Source of the DNA: Chloroflexota bacterium
GTDB taxonomy: Bacteria; Chloroflexota; Anaerolineae; J102
Assembly (NCBI GenBank): GCA_029782215.1
Contig: JAKOVD010000069.1
Span: 1-32,000 of the forward strand
Reading direction: 5' to 3'
Length of the DNA: 32,000 bases
Part shown: one piece after another, positions 1 through 7,883 of the stretch
How the letters are laid out: each line of letters opens with the position of its first letter
Numbering within the stretch: the first letter of the stretch is position 1
Notes under the pieces: model-generated
Seen by the model: only the letters and a program-made list of their open reading frames with translations
The model's database searches: none
Told to the model about the DNA's origin: nothing
Translations under genes and position numbers: made by a program

Positions 1-162
1 GGCGCCGGCCATCAGGTAGCCGGCGTAGGCGTCGATGCCGGGAATGTTGAAGTGCAGCTGCCGCCCGATCACGGACAGCAGCACCGCCACCAGCAGCCCC
101 ACCATGAAGCAGGCCGCCAGCGCGGCGCAGCCGTCGTAGAGCCGGTCGAGCGCGCGCCGCAC
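1..162 (-). CDS. TRAP transporter small permease (DctQ-like), N-terminal fragment running off the window
   Basis: My own minus-strand translation from GTG at 162 gives (V)RRALDRLYDGCAALAACFMVGLLVAVLLSVIGRQLHFNIPGIDAYAGYLMAGA, which contains a hydrophobic helix. It starts 6 nt after the binding-protein stop, matching the usual dctP-dctQ order. Not in the ORF track because it is partial. Confidence 0.55.
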   Translation of the reverse strand, partial: MRRALDRLYDGCAALAACFMVGLLVAVLLSVIGRQLHFNIPGIDAYAGYLMAGA

Positions 163-168
163 GCCGGC

Positions 169-1149
169 CTACTTCCGGTAGGCGTCGACCAGCGCCTGGC
201 CTTCGGCGCCGGCCTTGTCGAGCCATTCCTTGAGCATCACCTCGCCGACCTTCTTCATGTCGGCCTTCAGCGCTGCCGAGGGCGGCAGCACCTGCATGCC
301 GTTGGCGCGCAGCTTGTCCAGCGTGTCGGTATTGACCTTGCGGCTGGCGGCCCAGCCGCGCGCCTCGGCCTCGGCGCCGGCCTTGAGCACGGCGGCCTGG
401 GTGGGCTTGTCGAGCGCGTCGAAGGCGGCCTTGTTGACGATCACCGCATTCTTCGGCAGCCAGGCCTGGGTGTCGTAGTAGTACTTCAGGTGCTCGTAGG
501 TCTTGGTGTCGTAGCCGGTCGCGCCGCTGGACATGTAGCTCTCGATCACGCCGGTGGCCATGGCCTGCGAGAGCTCGGCGGCCTGCACCGTCACCGGCTG
601 CGCGCCCACGAGTTCGGCGATGCGCGCGGTGGCCGGGCTGTAGGCGCGCCACTTGACGCCCTTGAGATCGGCCGCCGCGGCGATCGGCTTCTTGACGTAG
701 ATGCCCTGCGGCGGCCAGGCCACCGCATACAGCAGCATCATGCCCTGCTCGCCGAGCTTCTTCTCGAGCAGCGGCTTCTGCGCCTTGTAGAGCTTCATCG
801 ACTCGTCGTAGCTGTCGGCAAGGAAGGGCAGGCCGTCGGCGCCGAAGATCTGCCATTCGTTCTGGTAGGCCACCAGCAGGATCTCGCCGATCTGCGCCTG
901 GCCGCCCTGCACGGCGCGCTTGATCTCGTTGGCCTTGAACAGCGAGGCGTTGGCGTGCACCGTGATCTTGAGCTTGCCGGCCGTGGCCTTCTCGACGTCG
1001 GCGGCGAACTGCGCCAGGTTCTCGCTGTGGAAGTTGGTGGCCGGGTAGGCGGCGGGCAGATCCCACTTGGTCTGCGCGAAGGCGGCGAGGGGCGCGGCGG
1101 CCAGCGTGAACAGCGCGGCGGCGGCGAGCGAGCGGCGGGTCAGGGACAT
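169..1149 (-). CDS. TRAP transporter substrate-binding protein (DctP family)
   Basis: 326-aa ORF with a signal peptide (MSLTRRSLAAAALFTLAAAPLAAFAQ). The mature part (TKWDLPAAYPATNFHSENL...GEILL...) reads like the DctP-type periplasmic binding family. A permease gene follows it. Confidence 0.9.
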   Translation of the reverse strand: MSLTRRSLAAAALFTLAAAPLAAFAQTKWDLPAAYPATNFHSENLAQFAADVEKATAGKLKITVHANASLFKANEIKRAVQGGQAQIGEILLVAYQNEWQIFGADGLPFLADSYDESMKLYKAQKPLLEKKLGEQGMMLLYAVAWPPQGIYVKKPIAAAADLKGVKWRAYSPATARIAELVGAQPVTVQAAELSQAMATGVIESYMSSGATGYDTKTYEHLKYYYDTQAWLPKNAVIVNKAAFDALDKPTQAAVLKAGAEAEARGWAASRKVNTDTLDKLRANGMQVLPPSAALKADMKKVGEVMLKEWLDKAGAEGQALVDAYRK

Positions 1150-1259
1150 GCGTTGCTCCTGAGGTCGGGAAGGTCGAAGTTGGGGTGAAGCGCGATTGCA
1201 GTCTAGGGATCGTTCCGATAAATTGTCAATAAATCTTCAACGTTTCGGGGAAAGCACCG

Positions 1260-1829
1260 ATGCCCGCCAAGGCCAGCGTCAAGCCATCGGCAAGAAAACC
1301 ACCGGCACGAAGCGCGTCGCCGCGCCGCAGCGCGCCGCGCGGCATCGTCTCGTCCTCGCACCTGGTGTCGCCGCGCAGCGTCGAGCTCTCCGAGTTCGAG
1401 TTCGGCCTGATCGTGGCCTGGAACGCCTTCTCGCGCTGGGCGATGCGCTGCATGGCCGCCGCCGGCTGCCCCGACCTGACCATCACCGACGTGCTGGTGC
1501 TGCACCACATCAACCACCGCGCGCGCAACAAGAAGCTGGCCGACATCTGCTTCGTGCTCAACTACGAGGACACCCACGTGGTCGGCTACTCGCTGAAGAA
1601 GCTGGTGGCCGCCGGCCTGGCGCGCGGCGACAAGCAGGGCAAGGAAGTGTTCTACAGCCCCACGCCGGCCGGCGAGGCGGCGGTGACGAAATACCGCGAG
1701 GTGCGCGAGAGCTGCCTGGTCGACAACCTCGACACCCAGCGCAATGCCGATATCGGCGAGATGGCCAAGCTGCTGCGCACCATGTCCGGGCTCTACGACC
1801 AGGCGGCGCGCGCCGCCACTTCGCTATGA
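1260..1829 (+). CDS. MarR-like winged-helix transcriptional regulator with a basic Ala/Pro/Arg/Ser-rich N-terminal tail
   Basis: 189-aa ORF divergent from the TRAP operon. The C-terminal ~130 aa look like a winged helix (DICFVLNYEDTHVVGYSLKKLVAAGLARGDKQGKEVFYSPTPAGE). The stop overlaps the orphaned ATG at 1826 (ATGA). Confidence 0.8.
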   Translation: MPAKASVKPSARKPPARSASPRRSAPRGIVSSSHLVSPRSVELSEFEFGLIVAWNAFSRWAMRCMAAAGCPDLTITDVLVLHHINHRARNKKLADICFVLNYEDTHVVGYSLKKLVAAGLARGDKQGKEVFYSPTPAGEAAVTKYREVRESCLVDNLDTQRNADIGEMAKLLRTMSGLYDQAARAATSL

Positions 1830-1850
1830 ACGCACGCTGGCAGTTCTGGA
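1826..1850 (+). pseudogene. Orphaned native 5' end of the oxoprolinase gene (M-N-A-R-W-Q-F-W), cut off by the island insertion
   Basis: ATGAACGCACGCTGGCAGTTCTGGA encodes MNARWQFW, the same WQFW that opens the intact gene at 12295. After 1850 the frame runs into island DNA and stops at 1879. Confidence 0.65.
1838..1850 (+). repeat. attL core (TGGCAGTTCTGGA)
   Basis: Identical to 12295-12307. The match extends to 20 bp with 3 mismatches (CGCAcgcTGGCAGTTCTGGA vs CGCAaagTGGCAGTTCTGGA). Confidence 0.75.
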
Positions 1851-1910
1851 CTAAAAACTGCACACAAAAACCGCTGTAAAAACAACGCACTAGCGTTACG
1901 CTTTGGGCTG

Positions 1911-1928
1911 TGTCAACATTTTGTCAAC
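1911..1928 (+). promoter_or_regulatory. Putative integrase arm-type site pair (TGTCAAC-N4-TGTCAAC)
   Basis: TGTCAAC at 1911-1917 and 1922-1928, 11 bp apart, just upstream of the integrase start and flanked by GGGCTG/CAGCCC. The same motif pairs recur at the other island end. Confidence 0.55.
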
Positions 1929-1934
1929 AGCCCC

Positions 1935-3194
1935 TTGTCTGCAATACAGCGCATCGCGGACGGCAACATAAGCGTCTTTACGAGGCCCTTGGTCAAGGGC
2001 GACGTCTACTACGCCCGATACAGAATCACGAACAAGCGTGTGGCCGATGGCCAGCGGTACGTGACCGAGAGCCTCGACACGACAGACGAAGGCATTGCAC
2101 TCGACCGCGCTCGGCAGCGATACGCCGAAATCAAGGCGGCAGAGAAGGCAAACAAGGCCATCAAGAGTGGCAGCGTCAGTGCCGAGATCGACGCCTTCAT
2201 TGAAGCATACGAAGACGGCGTGAAGAAGGGACTGCGGCGGCACTCGGAGCACATGCTGCGAGGGTTCCGCAAGTCCATCGTCCGTTACTTCAAGGAGTAC
2301 ATCGGGCGGAAGAACATCCAGGACGTGACGGCCCAAGACCTCGAAGAGTACGAGGCATGGCGTCACGGCTACTGGGCGGCGAAGGCAGCTGCGGGTGACA
2401 AGGTGCACGGCAACGCCAAGGAGCGCCCGTCACAGCGCACCATTGAATGGGAAGTCGGTGCCTTCAAGCAGTTCCTGCGATGGGCAAGCGAGCGGGGCCG
2501 CTACAACGGCAACGCCCTGACGTTCAAGTTCACCGTCGACAAGAAGCAAGCTCGTTCGGCGTTCACGGACGAGCAACTCGACACCCTGGCGAACTTCACC
2601 CGGCGCAAGTCATGGGTCCAAGGCGTTGGCAAGCACGGGCACGATGCCCGGCTCACGCGGTACAGAGAGATGTTGCGTGCCTACGTGTTCTTCATGGCCG
2701 GTACGGGCCTGCGTCCGGGTGAAGCCCGCAATCTGCGTTGGCGCGACATCAAGTACACGCAGGGGGCCGACGAGCAGGAAGCAGTGCATGTCATCGTCGA
2801 AGCGACGCACAGCAAGGTCAAGAAGAAGCGGATTGCAGTCGGCCTCGACATTGCGGCGATGGCGATCAGCGGCTTGCAGGGCCGGCGGCGCGCAGCGAAG
2901 GACTACGCCGGAGATGACGACTATGTTTGGTGCGACACCGACGGTGAGGTCATCAAGGACTTCCGCGAAGGGTTCAACAACCTGATCAAAGCCGCAGGCG
3001 TTGAAACGGACTCGCAGGGCAAGAAGCTAGCCATCTACTCGCTGCGGCACTACTACATCTCGCATCGCATCAGGCATGGCGTCGATGCGTATCGGCTGGC
3101 GAAGGCAACGGGCACGAGCCCGGACATGATCCAACGCTTCTACGACCATGTAGAGACGCCGGACATGACCGATGAGTTGACGAAGTATCGCTAG
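1935..3194 (+). CDS. int: Tyrosine recombinase / phage-type integrase
   Basis: 419-aa ORF with a TTG start that is uncertain (no clear SD). C-terminal catalytic motifs are present: GLRPGEARNLRWRDI (Arg I), YSLRHYYISHRI (Arg II/His) and TSPDMIQRFYDHV (Tyr nucleophile). It lies at the island edge. Confidence 0.9.
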   Translation: MSAIQRIADGNISVFTRPLVKGDVYYARYRITNKRVADGQRYVTESLDTTDEGIALDRARQRYAEIKAAEKANKAIKSGSVSAEIDAFIEAYEDGVKKGLRRHSEHMLRGFRKSIVRYFKEYIGRKNIQDVTAQDLEEYEAWRHGYWAAKAAAGDKVHGNAKERPSQRTIEWEVGAFKQFLRWASERGRYNGNALTFKFTVDKKQARSAFTDEQLDTLANFTRRKSWVQGVGKHGHDARLTRYREMLRAYVFFMAGTGLRPGEARNLRWRDIKYTQGADEQEAVHVIVEATHSKVKKKRIAVGLDIAAMAISGLQGRRRAAKDYAGDDDYVWCDTDGEVIKDFREGFNNLIKAAGVETDSQGKKLAIYSLRHYYISHRIRHGVDAYRLAKATGTSPDMIQRFYDHVETPDMTDELTKYR

Positions 3195-3242
3195 GACTGT
3201 CGTGGCACGACGTACGATGGCCGTTCGGAGGAGCACAAACGA

Positions 3243-4637
3243 ATGAGCAGCTTGGACGACTCGCAGATTGCTGTAGCAACCAAGGCATTGCACGACTACA
3301 TGGGCGCGGTAGCCGATCCGGCTACAGGGCAAACGCCCGCCGAGGCAGCGGCGACGCTGGATGCGAATCGTCGCAGCTTGATCGCCGGTAGGCTGGGCGA
3401 TCTGGTCCGCGGCTTTTGCAGTGGTGCGATTGCACTATCCGACTTCAAGCCTGAACTTGACGGACTGAACAAGCGCAACGAGTTCTGGGGCTTCAGCGGC
3501 ATCAAGGGCCAGATGTTCTTCAATCTGCTCTTCAATGCGGCGGGAGACGAGAAGGAGTTGACCGCCGAACTCAGGGCAGCGATCGTGCTGCCCGAGACAG
3601 AGGAAATTGCGCGAAGTCGAATTCGGAACTTCACAAGCTATGTGCGCCGAATCGGTGAGGTCTTGGTCGAGAACGGCGGAAGCAAGCATTCAAGGCCGAA
3701 GGTCACAAGCATCCCCTTCTTCCTGAGCTACTTCTGGCAAGTGCAAGCACCGGATCGTTGGTCGATCTACTACACCAACAGCGTGCGGGTATTGGGTGAT
3801 CTGAACCTGTTTCAAGAGAAGGACGACATCGCTGAGTCCTACAGCGACTACCAGCGCCTGCATGAGGAACTGCGTGACCTGTTCTCAACAATTGCTGCTC
3901 GGCCGATGTCACTGTACGACGTGGAGCACGTATGGTCCTTCGTCGCAAAGGGGCAACTCAATGCCGTGATTGCTGCGCCCGTTGTGTCTCAAGCGCGAGC
4001 GCCGGCGGCAGCCAAAGGCGGTGCGCTACAAGCACCTGTACAAGTGAAGCTGCCAGATAGCTATGTGCCACCCATCGTGGCCGTAATCCCGCAACTTGCT
4101 ACGAACGACCCTGCGCTTGAAGAAGCTGCGAAGGCATCTGGAACAAGCATCCCCCGTGCACTGGAGAAGAGCATCAATGCCGCCTTCACGATGCTTGGCT
4201 ACGAAACGACGCTTCTAGGTCAGGGGGCCGGCCGGGTGCAGGATGGGCTTGCAATCTCGGCTGACGATTCCTACGCGATCCTGTGGGACGCGAAGGCGCG
4301 TCAAGGCGGCTACAAGATGGGCACGGATGACCGAACGATCCGCGACTACATCACGACGCAAAGCCGTGATCTCAAGAAGCGGCGGCGCTTTCGGAATCTC
4401 TACTACGTCATCGTCTCCAGCGGCTTCCAAGACGACTTCGATGACCTGATCCGGGGGCTGAAGATGGAAACCGACGTCAACGAAGTCTGTCTCATTGAGG
4501 CTGATGCACTGGTCGCAATGGTTGACGCCAAGCTGCGCGACCCGAGTCAGGTAACGCTTGGGCCAGATGGACTACAGCGCCTGCTGTGCCGTAGTGGAAC
4601 CCTGACTGCAGACATCGTGCGGGAAGAGATGGCTTGA
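3243..4637 (+). CDS. Two-domain nuclease: unassigned N-terminal domain (~aa 1-240), Ala/Pro linker, and a FokI-like PD-(D/E)xK cleavage domain (~aa 296-464)
   Basis: SD GGAGGA lies upstream of the ATG. The C-terminus aligns by eye with the FokI cleavage domain: ALEKSINAAFTMLGYETTLLGQGAGRVQDGLAISADDSYAILWDAKARQGGYKMGTDDRTIRDYI...YYVIVSSGF...VCLIEADALV...SGTLTADIVREEM. D334, D349 and K351 sit where FokI has D450, D467 and K469. Confidence 0.8.
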   Translation: MSSLDDSQIAVATKALHDYMGAVADPATGQTPAEAAATLDANRRSLIAGRLGDLVRGFCSGAIALSDFKPELDGLNKRNEFWGFSGIKGQMFFNLLFNAAGDEKELTAELRAAIVLPETEEIARSRIRNFTSYVRRIGEVLVENGGSKHSRPKVTSIPFFLSYFWQVQAPDRWSIYYTNSVRVLGDLNLFQEKDDIAESYSDYQRLHEELRDLFSTIAARPMSLYDVEHVWSFVAKGQLNAVIAAPVVSQARAPAAAKGGALQAPVQVKLPDSYVPPIVAVIPQLATNDPALEEAAKASGTSIPRALEKSINAAFTMLGYETTLLGQGAGRVQDGLAISADDSYAILWDAKARQGGYKMGTDDRTIRDYITTQSRDLKKRRRFRNLYYVIVSSGFQDDFDDLIRGLKMETDVNEVCLIEADALVAMVDAKLRDPSQVTLGPDGLQRLLCRSGTLTADIVREEMA

Positions 4638-4671
4638 TCCGCAGCGTGGGTCACCGGTTCCCGGCTTCCGG

Positions 4672-4995
4672 CTACGGCTTGCTGATGTTCGCGATGACAT
4701 GGCCGGTGTAGTGCCGATGCAGCTTCCACCTGCCCGTGATCGTGACGTGCATCCAGCTAGTGGGGGGCTTTCGGCCGAACCAAAGGCAGTTGACCTCTGC
4801 GCGGGTCAAGCCATCCCTGTAGGTGCTGAAGGGAACAGGTACGTCGGACAGTTCGAAGAAGCCCGAGACCTCTGCGTTGCGGATGGATGCGCTGTTGACT
4901 TCGAGGACGAGGGCGTTCTTGACTTGCCGCTCCGACGTAGGCACAGCCGAACGGCATGTGTGAACGATGCCGCTCCAGTCGATGTTCGATTCCAT
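4672..4995 (-). CDS. Hypothetical protein (107 aa)
   Basis: GGAG lies 7 nt upstream of the ATG at 4995. The sequence has normal amino-acid composition, unlike the overlapping plus-strand ORF. No family recognised. Confidence 0.55.
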   Translation of the reverse strand: MESNIDWSGIVHTCRSAVPTSERQVKNALVLEVNSASIRNAEVSGFFELSDVPVPFSTYRDGLTRAEVNCLWFGRKPPTSWMHVTITGRWKLHRHYTGHVIANISKP

Positions 4996-5089
4996 CAGTT
5001 CGCTCCATCTTGTGTCATCGGCGGGATATCGACGGACTCGAAGCCGGGTTTAGCAGCCGACGCTGGCAAGAAGTGAAGAGGTGCGCGTC

Positions 5090-5851
5090 ATGACCGAGGA
5101 ATGGGTCAGCCTTTGGTATCAGTGTCTGACGCAGAACATCGACTACTCGCTTTACTGCGCTGCACGCGAAGAAGGCGACGATGCGAAGTGCGCAGAGCTT
5201 GAAGCGAAGTTCGACAAGATCGCCTCCATCTACGAAGACTTTGGCACGCTCGACGGCTGGCCCGAGGCTGGCATGCAGAGCGAGCTATGGCGGGAGTGGT
5301 TCGAGCCGCGGCGACACCTGTTCATGTCGTCGCCGCGAGTCGTGTCCGACTTGCAGCGGTACGAGGCAAGACCCGGGTACGTACTGCTGGATGTGCCCGT
5401 GCAAGACGACGCCAAGGCAACAGCCGAATTGGTCGCTGCTCTGATAGAGAAGCAGCGACTCTCAGGCGGGACGCAGGCGGCGCCGATGCCGAAGTACACG
5501 CTGCGAGAGGTGGGCAGCAAGGTCGCGCACGGCCTGCAACAGGTAAGGCAAGCCTGTCGATCAGTGGCCCGCAGCTACCGGTACGACCCCGACACGTTCG
5601 AGGAACTGCGTCACGTTGATGCAGTCGCCGCCTTCGTCCGGCACGAGATCGACAACATGGGTTGGACGCTCGACCCGAAGGCCAGGGCTGAACTCGACAG
5701 CACCGGCCGCCTGTCCGAGCAGCGATTGGAGAGCTTCAGGGCCATGTTGAACAAGTGCCGGCGCGACTTCAGGGCGTTTGCGGCCAACACGATCCGGGCC
5801 AGCTTCCCCGACGACAGGCCGTTTGAGTCGAACGTGCTCGATATTCACTAG
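5090..5851 (+). CDS. Hypothetical protein (253 aa)
   Basis: ATG at 5090 is preceded by GAAGAGG; the track's GTG at 5081 is less likely. Trp/Cys-containing N-terminus (MTEEWVSLWYQCLTQNIDYSLYCAAREE). No family recognised. Confidence 0.75.
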   Translation: MTEEWVSLWYQCLTQNIDYSLYCAAREEGDDAKCAELEAKFDKIASIYEDFGTLDGWPEAGMQSELWREWFEPRRHLFMSSPRVVSDLQRYEARPGYVLLDVPVQDDAKATAELVAALIEKQRLSGGTQAAPMPKYTLREVGSKVAHGLQQVRQACRSVARSYRYDPDTFEELRHVDAVAAFVRHEIDNMGWTLDPKARAELDSTGRLSEQRLESFRAMLNKCRRDFRAFAANTIRASFPDDRPFESNVLDIH

Positions 5852-5962
5852 CTTGGAACAAAACCCAGGGCCTCACTGTTCCATGACTAGCCGGGAGTGA
5901 ATCTCTACAGTCCTTTCCATCGACAGCACTCAAGCAGTCGATTAACTTGAAAGGTCTGATAA

Positions 5963-6397
5963 ATGCAAACGCAAAATAGCTCTGCCCCGGCTCAAAAGGG
6001 GTTTATGTCGCGGCTGTCGGCGCTGGTGCCGAATGCAAAGACGGTGAACAAGCTCTACGTTCAGCGTGGCAAGCGGCACGGTATCGAAGATGCACGTCAA
6101 AGTGTCGCCGAGAAGTTGCGCAAAGCTGCTGCTTACGTGCGTGATCCGAACAGCGTAGAACTTGGTGATAACCCCATCAAGCAGCAGGACGACAACGTTT
6201 ATTCGCTGGGGGTCAAATACTGCAACCGCTGGCTGCAAGGCGTGTTCGACGGGGACACCTACATCGTCGGTCTCAATGCCGAAGAGGTCTGCACGCTCGC
6301 CGAAGAAGCTGCACAGGCGGCACTTGCCGGTGAGTTCGACGACTACATCGAGCGCATTATGGCAGAAAACCGCTCTGCAGCCGCTAAGCGTCGATAA
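5963..6397 (+). CDS. Hypothetical protein (144 aa)
   Basis: ORF with balanced composition in the same direction as its neighbours. An alternative start exists at 6005 (MSRLSALV). No family recognised. Confidence 0.65.
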   Translation: MQTQNSSAPAQKGFMSRLSALVPNAKTVNKLYVQRGKRHGIEDARQSVAEKLRKAAAYVRDPNSVELGDNPIKQQDDNVYSLGVKYCNRWLQGVFDGDTYIVGLNAEEVCTLAEEAAQAALAGEFDDYIERIMAENRSAAAKRR

Positions 6398-6406
6398 ATG
6401 TGTCCT

Positions 6407-6431
6407 GGGGGCGAGGCTTGTACTCGCCCCC
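6407..6431 (+). terminator. Intercistronic GC-rich hairpin (GGGGGCGAG-gcttgta-CTCGCCCCC)
   Basis: Perfect 9-bp stem with a 7-nt loop, 10 nt after the 6397 stop and 16 nt before the 6448 start. There is no T-tract, so it may be an attenuator or RNA-stability element rather than a full terminator. Confidence 0.4.
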
Positions 6432-6447
6432 TCAACAAGGAGCAAAT

Positions 6448-6834
6448 ATGCCAGTACACGAATATCGCGCCGATACGCAGGTCGTCTTGATGGGTCGGAT
6501 ACGTGTGGCGGATTGGAGAAACGAGTTGCGGCACATGGAACTGTCGCTACCCGTAGCAGATTCGCTGCTCAAGAAGCTAGCGTCGGAGGACAACGAGCTT
6601 GGTCTCGGTGCAACTGAACTGTTGGACCTACTTCGAGGTCAAGGGGAGATTTCAGACTACGTGAAACTCTCCGACGCTGGTCAGAAAGTGAATCGTACGC
6701 TGACTGCACTTACGAAGATTGCCTGGGAGCACGACGTGCCCTCAAGCGTCGATGAAGTAGAACGAGCAGAAGGCGACGAATACTTCGACAGTTTCAGTGC
6801 GGCCTACACGGTTTCTGGTGGATCCGCCTCATAG
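6448..6834 (+). CDS. Hypothetical acidic protein (128 aa)
   Basis: ATG at 6448 with a strong SD (AAGGAG, 6437-6442). The track's GTG at 6400 would run through the hairpin. No family recognised. Confidence 0.75.
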   Translation: MPVHEYRADTQVVLMGRIRVADWRNELRHMELSLPVADSLLKKLASEDNELGLGATELLDLLRGQGEISDYVKLSDAGQKVNRTLTALTKIAWEHDVPSSVDEVERAEGDEYFDSFSAAYTVSGGSAS

Positions 6835-7401
6835 TTAAGCGAGTTCCACAGCGCGACGCAGCATGTTGTCGTTTACGTCGATATACCTTTGGGTGGTTTG
6901 AATGGAACGATGGCCCGCAAGGGCGGCCAGTACCCGTACTGAAACCCCTTGCGCGGCCAGGTTCGTTATGAAAGTGCGACGGCCCGAGTGCGACGTAGCT
7001 CCTTCCAGGCCGGCACGCCTGTATAGAGCGATGAAATGCTGAGTCAGGGAGTTTGCGCTGAACCCAGTACGCTTTTGCGTCATGAAGAACGGTGCCGCTG
7101 CATCCCTGGATCGCAGCGTACGAGCGTAGACAGCAAGCTCCTTCTGCAAGCGGTCGTTGACGAACACAACGCGGCCGACGTTGCCCTTCGTTTGATGCGC
7201 ACCTAAGCGCAGCTCGCCCCTGACGCGGCCCTCGGCGTCCAACACGTCGCCCACTCGCAGCGCAGCTACCTCGCCCACCCGCATCCCCGCCAGGTGCGTC
7301 AGCAGCAGCATGGCCTTGTCGCGTGCAGCGTGCCGGGACATGGCAGCTTGCCCGAGTGCGTGTCGCAGTTCCTGCGCTGTCAGCGTTTTAGCTTGCTTCA
7401 T
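6835..7401 (-). CDS. Short tyrosine recombinase (catalytic domain only, 188 aa)
   Basis: ATG at 7401 with GAGG upstream. Motifs: LAGMRVGEVAAL (Arg I), SHSGRRTFITNL (His/Arg II), GHRSIQTTQRYIDV (His/Tyr). There is no N-terminal core-binding domain. Confidence 0.85.
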   Translation of the reverse strand: MKQAKTLTAQELRHALGQAAMSRHAARDKAMLLLTHLAGMRVGEVAALRVGDVLDAEGRVRGELRLGAHQTKGNVGRVVFVNDRLQKELAVYARTLRSRDAAAPFFMTQKRTGFSANSLTQHFIALYRRAGLEGATSHSGRRTFITNLAAQGVSVRVLAALAGHRSIQTTQRYIDVNDNMLRRAVELA

Positions 7402-7690
7402 GCCAAACCTCACTTTTTGTTGTATTCAATGCTAGTTTCTGATGTCGTACTTGGGCAACCTACTTGCGGCATGTACTCGGGCCAATGAATTCAAGCACTT
7501 GCAGCACAACATCAGGATTCGTATGAAATCTGATGTATTCGTGGTCCAAAGACGACAACGTACCCCGACAGCGTAAACGCACGCTGTAGCGTGCAAACCC
7601 CTTCCAGCTACCCCACATGCTGGCGGCTCAAAAAAAGCGCTTGCAGCGCGAATTAGTGCGTCACGTATGCAAGCGTGTTCTATAGCCCTG

Positions 7691-7717
7691 CTTATCCCAC
7701 TTATCCCACTTATCCCA
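7691..7717 (+). repeat. Perfect 3 x 9-bp tandem repeat CTTATCCCA (iteron-like)
   Basis: cttatccca cttatccca cttatccca read directly from the sequence, inside a 612-bp gene-free stretch. Confidence 0.85.
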
Positions 7718-7836
7718 AGCACCTCGCATCAACTCGTGTATTTATCTGCGATCTGTCAGTCACTACTGCTTCTCGATGTCGCTGATACTGACTTCGTGTT
7801 GATCTTGTGTGATTATTGACTGGTCGTGTAGATGTT

Positions 7837-7858
7837 TGATAGTGGTTGGTGATAGTGG
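7837..7858 (+). repeat. Direct repeat TGATAGTGG x2 (13-bp period), with a degenerate third copy TGATACTG at 7783-7790
   Basis: Read directly from the sequence. The reverse complement CCACTATCA resembles the 7691-7717 unit (CCACTTATC) with one T fewer, so this is a second, opposite-orientation repeat set. Confidence 0.7.
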
Positions 7859-7883
7859 GAATGTTTAGACAATGGCTATCGCA

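Noticed and set aside
52-1188. 378-aa plus-strand ORF antisense to the TRAP binding-protein gene
   Set aside because: Its composition is dominated by Arg/Gly/Ala/Leu/His with no motif, typical of a shadow frame in ~70% GC DNA. The minus-strand frame gives a clean signal peptide and a DctP-like protein.
1222-1230. ATTGTCAAT in the TRAP/MarR divergent promoter, containing TGTCAAT, which is similar to the island arm repeat
   Set aside because: It is a single copy outside the island with a one-base difference. It is more likely a small palindromic operator for the local regulator, or chance.
4699-5076. 125-aa plus-strand ORF in the nuclease-to-ORFan gap
   Set aside because: It has no SD and a poor, Ala/Gly/Asp/Val-rich composition. 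The overlapping minus-strand 107-aa ORF has a GGAG-N7-ATG start and a more protein-like sequence.
7691-7717. Resemblance of TTATCCCAC to the DnaA box TTATCCACA (a possible chromosomal oriC)
   Set aside because: The match is imperfect. No dnaA, dnaN or gidA context is present. The repeats lie inside a mobile island next to a Rep-like gene, so island-specific iterons are the better reading.
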